Assembly (NCBI GenBank): GCA_030141605.1
Contig: JAQGDQ010002370.1
Coordinates: 461,167 to 525,166 of the forward strand
From: Tubiluchus corallicola
Taxonomy: Eukaryota; Animalia; Priapulida
Reading direction: 5' to 3'
DNA: 64,000 nucleotides
Shown here: in pieces, positions 54,421 to 64,000 of the stretch
Numbering within the stretch: position 1 is the stretch's first letter
How the letters are laid out: every line of letters starts with the position of its first letter
Made by a program: the position numbers and the translations under genes
Notes under the pieces: generated by a model
What the model was told of the DNA's origin: nothing
Databases searched by the model: none
The model's input: only the letters and a program-made list of their open reading frames with translations

Positions 54421-55621
54421 TGAGAAATTATGCACATGGAATGTAATCAATAACCACATTACTTGTATAGTTCATCGTTCGCGCATAAAATGTTTTTGAA
54501 CGGTTTTTGCTATTCTAAATTTTAATTCTGTCTCCCACGATATATTTATTTCAAAGTCAGAAAATATCTGAGTATACGTGGTAATGATAGCCAGCTTAAA
54601 GGCTTAAGTTAAACAGAGCTAGTCTCATTTAATAAATATATGGATGAAGACTAGGATAAACTGCGTTTCTTCTTCCTCCAACGATTTTCCCGGTAGGTAT
54701 TATATAAGGGATTATTTAGATTTCCTAGAAGCCAACATCTTCCAGGAATCTACGAGTGTCCCAATCTATCCGATATTTTTTCAAGCTTAAGTGACGCTTG
54801 AATTAGTGTTGAAGATTTTGGAAGAAGTTTTGTTAGACGAACAGCCAGCCTGCATTTCAGAAAACTGTAAAATGGAAGCTCACTATAAACACTGTCTCCG
54901 ATGACCCCATGAATTTTTTTTAGTTTCCGTATTTTTATAATCTTGTGCTTTAAAATTTGTTATAGGCTTATACTAAATATATGCAATTGTGCTAATACAG
55001 CGATTTTTGTCATTATACGTGACAACTGAACCAAAAAACTGTACAGGCACAGTGACAGCATAATTATAGGTGATAAAATTTGCTGTTTTTGTTACTTAAA
55101 CCTTTTATCGCCATCATATTTTATCTTATGCAAAACGCAGATCAGTAGCAGCTGGTACATCTATCATTTTTCGTCTGGTAATTTTAGAATTACCAGAACA
55201 TTGTTATTTCACGCCTTTAAAAAGAACGTTAGCAAATGTACCACAAACAAATTACTTGTAGTTCTATGTTTTTAGGAGCTGGCGTACGTAGCCCCTTTAC
55301 GCACTAATCTTTTTAGGGGGCGATTTGCATAAAAATAGACGTTACTACGTGAGGCAATTTATTATTGAATTAAAAGAAGCAACGCTTCTTTAATAGCCTT
55401 TTGCTTCTGAAAATGGAAATTCTACCTCAGCACCCCAATTTGCTTACATCACAAAGAAAAACACATCAAATCTTCCCCTAGAAACAACCAAGCTTTTCTA
55501 CAGAAGTTTGAACGCGTGCGTTTTAGAATAATTATTTTTAAGAACGTTTTAACTTTGTAAGCGCGCTTCTTAGCAGAGCAGAGAAACAAACGTTTCAATT
55601 TTTACCTTCAATGTAAATGCA

Positions 55622-58600
55622 ATGACTGAAATAAAAAGAAAAAACTCACCTGTAGTGAAAGCTGAAGACGCTGAATGCGGAACTCGCAAGAAGAAGGATA
55701 AGAAAGAAGTAGATGTGACAGCCGAGAATGTTCGATTAGCCCTAGATGAATTAATGAAAGAAAACCGACTGGACCCTAGAGGAACTATTTCTTTTGAAAA
55801 TTTGGTAATTCTTGTGAAACGCAGTAACTTGTAGCTATAGCAGCTAGTTTTTTTGTTATGATAGGTCAGATAAATATTATTATCTTGGTCTGTCATAGCC
55901 AAGTGTGTTAATATTAGCTCTAACCCTTAGCTTTTTTCCCTTGGGTACGTTTAACCACAATTGTCGTAAAAAGTAAAATTATTGAGCGTGTGATTTTTGT
56001 ACAGTTATAGTGTGTATGAACACTCATCTACTAAACATCGAAAAAGTTTCTTGATATCAACTGCACTACATGTCTCTCAGTCGTCTTACATTTTGGTTAA
56101 TCCTGTTTGCAAATTTCAAATCAACGGTGTTTTTATACTTTAGTAGAAGCCGTTGTTTATTCTTGTTGTTGTTGTTGCTGTTAAAAATATAACGTCCTTA
56201 TAAGGTCGACAGAGGTCTGGTATGTGGTTGATTTTACTGATCTGTTTGAAATCTAATATATCTGTAGTGTAATTTGTGGCTGATCAGTCTGGGGTTTCTG
56301 ATTTATCTGAAATCTCATTTGTCACAGATCTGGTTGGTCTGTCTGTGGTCTACGGCTGGTCTATCTGGGGTCTGGTCTTCAGGGCCTACCCACAGACCAA
56401 GACCAACCCCTGTATTACTTTGATACATAATACTGTTCCATAACGAATCTTTTGTTACTTAATGAACCGTAACGACGTTCTCTCCGTGAATTTGCGAAAT
56501 CCCGGACATGCTTTCTTATTTCTTTTATTTTGCAGGATTTTCCGTATCCAACATTATTAGTCGCTGCTTCTGTCGGCCACGTAAAAGCTGTAGAAAAGCT
56601 CATAGAAGATAAGAGTTGCGTCAACGCTAGCTTCAATGACGTAAGTAGACCCTTCGTATCTCTAAACATGTTGCTACCGTAAACTGCATTCTTTCAGCTA
56701 ACAGTTGATTTTTATACAGTTTGGCACTTTCAAGCTGGTCTACAATACTCAATGCTAGCGCCTACTTAATGTGGATGGTGATGGCGGAATTATCAATTAT
56801 CACTATCGGTTCTAATATTCTAAGCTGTAATACTATGCCGGTATGATTTTTGCATATTCGGATGTGAATGCATCGTCCCTCTAAGAGGAAAACAGTTTGA
56901 ATACAATCGCACAGAACGCGGTGGTGTTAATAGTCTCCAACCATGATTTTGCTTAATCTTGGTCACTAAGCTCATGTATTAAGATATTAACATCGACTTT
57001 GTTAACAAACTAATATAAAAATCACCTGTTTGCTTGACATTGCAATTTTAAGGTTATTCTAAATAGAAAAGGCTGAGCAGTTTACTAAGACTTTTATTTG
57101 AATATTCATAAGCAGTATGACAGATAAATTCCTCAGCAGGAATATTGTATCGGCGCCTCCTATCCATTCACTGGCCACTGCTCGAGGTTTTCGCTTGGCT
57201 GACAAATCGGCCCGTCAATCTGTGGCCAACTGAGAAAAACGCTTCTACAGGTCATCAAGCTGTGGTTTTATCTATCAATTTACCTAGGTCATTGCGAGAG
57301 GTAGTACTCACCCTTTAATGAGGCAGTAACACCTATCTGGTCCAATGCTTAAATTGAATTTCGGAGCTCAGTCCATGGGAGTGGGAATGAGGTAGTCACT
57401 AATAGATGTACTGTGTAGTCTAATACAGTTTGCACTCCCATACCTCGTAAACAAATTGGGTTCGCCATGTATAATTAAAAGTAAAGTTTTGTTTTCAATT
57501 TTTATTAAAGGTAGAGTTTACTTAAAGTTCATCGTAATTACAATAGAATAAATTACAAAATTATTTGTAACTGTAACTTATAAAATAATGTGCCTTTTTG
57601 AGGTCTGCAAACCCCTGTATTACATTTTCAATGTCTATTTCGTCTTTGTTCAGGTACATGTGGGCATGGCTGGCAGTACGGCACGGTACGGTACGAAAAA
57701 TACCGCACTTCGTACCTCTAAAAAATACCGTACCATAATTCCGTGCCGGACCTACAAAATCGAATCGTATCGTACTAGTACGATAAAATATCGTACCGTA
57801 ATTCCGTACCAAATTTCGCGCCAAGTGCATGTAGGATCTACTACAAATAAGTAAAGAATGGCATAAAAATTAACTGTAAGAACGATAACTTTATTTGTTA
57901 TTGTTATGAATTTATGCGTGCTATAAAAACTGAGCTACTGTTTGAACTTCTATACTATTTAGTTTATGTTGCGAAAGTTACATAATTACGCAAGAGATAT
58001 AAATTTATTTTGAGTTACTTTTTCTTATAAATAATTTTGTGGCACACATAACAAGTTACGGTCATTAACTAGATTTCATAACTGCTTGTCGTAAATTATG
58101 TGTTCAATAGTGACAAATTTTTAAAGATGATTCAAATTTAGTGTCTTGAGTAAAACATTTGAAACTATACCACGCAAGCTACGCGGGTTAACATAGGTTG
58201 GTACGCCTTGAGTAAAGTGAAGTACGCAACGTAAATCTTTAACTCAATGTTGCACTCAAGCTAAGCAAATTTTTTGAGACAAAAACGAATGGTACAGGTA
58301 AAAATAGCACAGGAAAATTGGCGCGGAAAATAAGGCACAGGTAAGTCAGAGAAAGTTCTTTCTGGTGTGCTTATAGACACTGGAATGACAACACCTATTG
58401 TCAACAGTAAACATAATTTAGGAAACTGTTGTTTGTCACATGCTTTCAGAAGCTCTCGCGAAAGAAGCATATAAATAGTATTTTAAAAGTTTAACCACAA
58501 AAAGCATTTGAAAGAGAAAATACACATAACAAATAAAAATGTTAGCACATTAAATCAAATGTTGTTTATTCGTTAATTCTTCAATTGTTTAATACGATCC

Positions 58601-61600
58601 ATCGGACAACTAGGAAACAAAACATTCATAATTTTTTTTAAATTCAGTGAAGGGGAAGTTTTCAGGCTCCCCCCTGGCTACGTGTCTGCTGAATAGTTTT
58701 ATCGAAAAAGTCAAGAGATATTGCAAAATTTTATTACAGGATGGAGCCACAGCCTTACTGGTTTCTTGCAAACACAGCTGGCCAGAAATCACTGAGAGAT
58801 TGCTGAAAGCTGGAGCTGACGTAAATGCCACGTCTTTGGTAAGTTAATTTTGGCAGCAAAAGAAATTTGAATATTTGTCTAGCCATTTTTTTCTGTCTGT
58901 GTCTATCCTTTTTTCATTTGATAGTTTGCCCAACTCTTGCTTTCGTATACTTTTTCACCTTCTTAATGGAACATCTGCTGGGCAGCGATTTGTCGGTTCA
59001 CTTTTTAATTTGTTTGCTGTTTAAGTTTAGCCATTCTATCAATTGTTTATGCGAGTTATGTTCTGTCTATTGTTAATTCTTTAATCATTTATTTGTCGAT
59101 CGTTCATTAATGCATTAGTTAATTTCTTTATAGATTTGTTTTTGTGAAATTAATTGTTCGCTTATCTGTCCACGCTTTTGTTCGGCCTTTATGTAACACA
59201 GTTGCTCGAGCACGTATTTTTATTGGTTAGTCAACAAATTTCTTTTAATTAACATGAAATTTGTTACTAGAATGTTTTTTTTCATTTTTTCCATTTTATA
59301 GGATGGTTCCAACGCGATCATGATGGCTACAAAGAATGGAAATGCGGCCAATTTTTCACTGCTGATTAACCATGAACCCCACATTGATTTTAGCTACGCT
59401 AATAAGGTAAACCATTCCCGTAATTCCATTCCTAGAACTAGCTATCAAATTCGAAGTATTATTACATGTTTCAATAAAAAAGTTCTAGGTGTCAGGCAAT
59501 GAAAGAAAGTATTACCCACAAGTGAAGGATATTCAAGTCTTCAATACCCAGGTTCCGTTTTAGGTATATCGGTTGACTTCCATCCTAGCATAATTGTTTT
59601 TTTTTAATTTGCCATCGTTTCACCTTTGATATCTAACCAAGGTACAACATCATCTCTACCTTTGAAATATATGCTTTGCTATTGTTGCACGCATGCTGGG
59701 CAGCACTATTGCTCATGTTGATGGGTTAGATTATTGGCAGGCGAATTAGCAGGCTATATTGGCAGACACGATATTGGCAGGCGAACGAGAAAAGAGAGCA
59801 ACCCTGTTGCATCGTATTTAGTTGTGGTATTTAATAAACTTTAATCTTTTCTTTTATCTTCTCTTTTATTAAATAGTGATTTACCATCGACGTCAGTTTT
59901 TATGAACTAATATAAAGAAACAAAAAATTAAGATTATAGGACTAGAATGCCATAAATGGACTGTTTTCGTGTATGGGCCAGAGTTTCTTATATGGTAATA
60001 TCGGATGTGCTTGTCATATAAGAGGTTATGGATTCAGTTTCACAAGCATTTATCATACACTTGTAAAGTGATACTACTGATAACATGCGGATTTGTTTAT
60101 TGATTACTGTGTGTGTAATAATCACTGTTGTGTTTTGAGGGAGAATTGCCCGTGTGTTTGGCGTTGATTTTGGTCGGCAACTAAGTGCGTGACTACCTGA
60201 AATACTGCCTTTGGGCGGTCTCATCTACAACGCTGCCCATGAATCATTTGTTTTGTTGAAGCAGGACGTATTATATGTAGAACCAATGTTGACAAAGATA
60301 TCTTAGAGAATTACCCTTCACAATAAAATAGGTTCTGGTCTTACCACGGCAGCTACATTAAGTAAGATCTGTCAATGAATGCTGGATCCTGGCTTGCAGA
60401 GTGCTAAACTGAATAAAAAAGTCTAAGTAAGGAAACGGGCTTTGTTTTAGCATGTGCTGCAAAGGGGAAGTGAAATCAAAGAAATAAGACTTCGGCAAAG
60501 AAGTGAAGCAAAAAGTTATTATCAGACATTTCGACAATTAAAAGCAAGAGCGTAAATGAATGTTTAAAGTATATTCGGATAACACAAAGTATTTTTAATT
60601 ATTGGACAAATTTTCACTACTAACTACATGTAATTCAAAAAGAGCAGATCGTCAAGGCACCATAATCGTCGACGTACTACCACAGTTTCCTATGTTTTCC
60701 TGTATGGCTTACGTACAGTCACTCACGAAAAGTTCTGCACTCATGCATTTGCAAAATATAATTTATGTAGTCGCTTTTTGTTAATAATTCATTGTTTTAG
60801 TGACAGCGCGCCATTTCCGCACTAGCTATAAATGGGCTCTTTTAGCTGAGTCACCAGCGCGAATATTTATTAGCTGTTCATTAATTTTTAATAGTGCATG
60901 ATGAATAGCAGGGCGTTTGTTTTGTTTAAATTTCCTTATGCTATTCTTGCTTGGTAAGGTTGCAAACAAATAAACAGTAATTATGTAGCAAGACCTTGCA
61001 AACAATTGTTTACGTCGATACGAAAACCTATGTGTTAGCAACCAAGCTACAATTCTGAATCATACATTTTGCTTTAGCTAGGTGAAACAGTACTCATTAT
61101 AGCTGCTGAAAGAGGCTGGGAAAGCTGTGTTGATTTTCTTCTTAAACGACCCAATGTGAACAAATTTAAAAACTTGCAGCGGTACGCCGATGGTAATTCC
61201 GCACTCCATCTAGCGGCAGAAAACGGCTATCCAGCAGTACTGCTTAAGCTACTTGAAGCTAAATGTAACGCTCTTCTGGAAAATAAGGTACCAATAACTA
61301 GTACTAAGTACTTACCAATTTTGTTGTAACGCGCAAGCTCACGCAATGGCTTCAAGTTTTTTTACTACACGTATAATTTGCGTTTGTGTCAATAATGAAC
61401 GCTATTAACAGGCCAAAGACTTTAACCTAGCCTATGAGGCTCTGCTAAAATCTCGGTCGCCTAGCCCCAAATGTCAGAAGTGATGCCAAATCTGTTTTCA
61501 TTTGTGGTTGTAATTTGTTTATATATGTTTGTTTATTTGTTTGTTTAATTGTTTGCACATTTGCTTGTTTGTTTTAATGTTTTGCTATAAATGAGAAAAA

Positions 61601-64000
61601 AGTGTATTTGTCGTATGTAGCCATTGCATTTGCCATATATGAATGTTGGTCATTGATAAGGGTAATTAGTTTTTGCATACACAATTTATGTTTCTGATAT
61701 TTTTAGGCTGGGATTACCCCTGTTTGCCTGGCATTGGTCAGTAAAGTACCAAAGATGAAGGAAACGCTATGGAAAGAATGCAAATGCAGTCCAAAAGATT
61801 GTAACACATGTATATCAGTTTACATTAAGGTAAGAACGAAATTTTGTTGGTTATTAAACTTTCACTTTTAAGACACGTCTCTATATTACTAAAAAGCAGC
61901 TAATTAGCTTTTCAAAAATAATGCGGTTAATTCATAAAAATGCTCAAATTGGTTATCATTTCCTGACGCAGCGTCGAAAAAACAAATAAAACAATGAAAA
62001 AGTGGATGTCAGTTTTGGACTAGCTAGTTGTTTTTTACGTATAACTAAAACAAATACCATTTAGTTGTTTTTAAAATAGTGAACAAAATACATTTTTAAG
62101 CACTAATTAACTGTGGGTACTGTGCTGCACATCGCTATGTTTCTCCTTCTCTTTTCTTCTTTCTCTAGTGAAGAAAGATCCGTTCTGATTTGTTCAACAC
62201 TTGGTCACTTGTTATAGTCCTTGCTTGGTAGTAAATTCCATTTTCCGTACGAGCTACTTGCTTTACGGCGCACCAGTATTTCAGATCAGACCTATGACTG
62301 CCTATCTTTTGCAAACGAAGCCATACAGTTATGTCAATTAAAACTTAACCTCTGCTTTGAACTGCAGCCTGAAGTGTCGTTCACTACGCTGCTTTCGGTC
62401 TTCTACAAGCAAAGAAGTAGGCTCCGCTGCAGTGTGTTTGAAATGAAATATTGCATTGGGTGAATGGCGAAAAGTAGTGTGGTCATCCGCATCCACAACA
62501 TTTCAGCCTGCAGTTTCAAAGAGAAGTTCACACTTTTTTGTCTAAGTCGTTTCTTATAAAGCTTTACATTTTCAGAATAGAACAGAGAGAATGTTAGATC
62601 CAAAAGCACGCAGCGCTTCACGGTTTTACACGGAGTATCTTTATCCAAGCCTGACGGCCGTTTTAAAAAGAAGTCCAGACGTAAAACATCACATGGATGA
62701 ATACGAAACACTGGATGCTACTATACAGGTCATCCAAAGGTTCATGACACAAGAAGAAATTGTTCTGGCATCTTGCACATTCTGCAAAGAGCTGATCCTT
62801 AATGAAGACAATACGATAGACAATCGTTTTGCATCTTACCTGATAGACAAATCTAAACTGGAATTTTTTATCAAAGTAGCTGTAAAATACTCAAAGGGTC
62901 ACATGGAAAATCTTCAAGTCCTGGTGACCAGCCTCGTGATAGTAGTTGCTCTCTGCGATGCACCAGAAGGTTTCAAGTGGCTCCAGAACAACTATCACAA
63001 GTTGAAACCATTTCTTACGACTTTTGAACGAATGTATTGCATTTCACACAAAGAAGATGAAAAGGCACACATTAAGAGGCTGTGGGAAGCCTTTGAAGCA
63101 AAGTTTAACGAAGTCGAGCAACAATTGGCTGCTGTTCATGAGAACGAGTTATTAAAATCCGAAGAGCGCGATAAGGCCAGAAAAGCCAGGAAGCGTGAAA
63201 AAAAGCGACGTCACCGAGAAAATTCAAAAAAACTAGATGGCAGTTACAGCTCCACTAGATCGAATGGAAGATTAGGAAATGAAGGAGACAGTGATGACGT
63301 AAACGAAATGCCGCATAATCAGCTTGAGGCAAAAAATAAATCCCCAGATGTCAAAAAATCAGAAACAACAAGTCCTTATAACGAAGACAGTGCCACAGAT
63401 AAGATGTCCAAAATCAAGAAGAAACCAAAACAATCTCAATGTAAGCTTAAACATGGCCAAGACGGAACAATTGAGGTTGAGAAATTATGGGAAGATAAAA
63501 AGCTCAAGGGAGATAAGGACAAAAATTCCAAATCATCTACTGATGAAACTATTTATGATGATTACACGAAGGGTTTAAATCATGGTTTTGCTTATCCGGT
63601 TGATGTTGGTGATAGATTTGAGGTTGTGGAAAAAGCAAAGAAAAAGACAAAGCATATAAAAAATTCAGAAGAAGAATTAAACCCTTGGCTTGCTTTTACA
63701 GATTCTGACTACCTGCTACCAAAAAACGTGAAAATAAGCAGAATCGAGATAGAGGATTTCATAAAGTGGACTGCTACAGAGAAAACCGCAACTGCTTTGC
63801 AACATGCAGAAGCAAAACATCCATCTTCTACCTTTTTAGCTATGTCACAGGATAACAAGAGCACATGTAGTCCACAAAAAGCGCAGAATGAAGTATCAAA
63901 AGTAATTAAACCAGGTAATGTAATAAAACCAAAAACAGGAGTAAAAGGGCAGGGTGAATCAAGCAAGCCACGAGAAACTCAAACCAAAACAACGCCTACC
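55622..64000 (+). CDS. Ankyrin-repeat protein (about 6 ANK repeats, helical ARM-like region, coiled coil and long low-complexity region); 3' end beyond window
   Basis: Phase-0 exons 55622-55804, 56536-56640, 58740-58838, 59302-59406, 61078-61287, 61707-61829, then 62576 to >64000 (475 codons, open to the window edge, so absent from the ORF track). Ankyrin motifs: TLLVAASVGHVKAVEKLI, DGATALLVSCKHSWPEITERLLKAGADVN, DGSNAIMMATKNG, GETVLIIAAERG, DGNSALHLAAENGY, GITPVCLA. Confidence 0.85.
56209..56414. repeat. GGTCT-rich short element with imperfect inverted ends (possible MITE)
   Basis: Left end ACAGAGGTCTGGTATGTGG versus right end CCCACAGACCAAGACCAACCCCTGT; internal GGTCT iterations. Confidence 0.35.
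57661..57830. mobile_element. MITE built of CGTAC/GTACG repeats, inserted next to the C-terminal piece of the hAT remnant
   Basis: GTACGG-rich left end and CCGTACC-rich right portion in inverted orientation; sharp compositional boundary with the flanks. Confidence 0.55.
58288..58344. repeat. Solo terminal-repeat array of the same Mutator-like family as 47826-48621
   Basis: GGTACAGGTAAAAATAGCACAGGAAAATTGGCGCGGAAAATAAGGCACAGG matches the GGTAAAAATGGCACA unit. Confidence 0.6.

Larger units (their letters stand above)
57590..58470 (-). pseudogene. Fragmented hAT transposase C-terminus (dimerization domain) in ankyrin-gene intron 2
   Basis: 58348-58470 encodes FPKLCLLLTIGVVIPVSISTPERTFS (hAT dimerization motif). 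About 57590-57660 encodes YLNKDEIDIENVIQGFADLKK (typical hAT C-terminus). The two pieces are separated by inserted repeats. Confidence 0.7.

Noticed and set aside
62200-62520. GC-richer coding-looking stretch in the last visible ankyrin-gene intron
   Set aside because: No recognisable protein in any frame, and exon 6 joins 62576 in phase without it; probably an unidentified transposon relic.
1-64000. tRNA, rRNA, conserved microRNA, hammerhead ribozyme or CRISPR-like arrays; most short ORFs in the supplied track
   Set aside because: None recognised by eye (a covariance-model scan would be needed to exclude ncRNAs). Most listed ORFs are intronic, antisense to real exons or low-complexity.

Overview
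AT-rich, intron-containing genomic DNA of an invertebrate metazoan (GT-AG introns; no prokaryotic features). Three protein-coding genes were reconstructed exon by exon with consistent splice phases. (1) A PHLPP-family phosphatase (RA-PH-LRR; the PP2C part is expected off the left edge) on the minus strand, 10 exons visible. (2) A complete 15-exon EFHC1/Rib72 ciliary gene on the plus strand, head-to-head with PHLPP across 394 bp. (3) A plus-strand ankyrin-repeat gene with a very large exon running off the right edge. Introns hold a decayed near-full-length LINE, an L1/Tx1 fragment, a fragmented hAT transposase and several MITE- and Helentron-like elements. The most interesting observation is in the 23.9-kb PHLPP intron 5, which lies downstream of the RA and PH exons within the LRR array. 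It contains several candidate alternative first exons (ATG, short ORF, phase-2 donor matching the next LRR exon). One encodes an N-myristoylation motif (MGNNFS) and two have promoter-like motifs upstream. This suggests a variable-N-terminus PHLPP system in which the RA/PH module is swapped for short peptides or a lipid anchor. It is an inference that needs transcript evidence.
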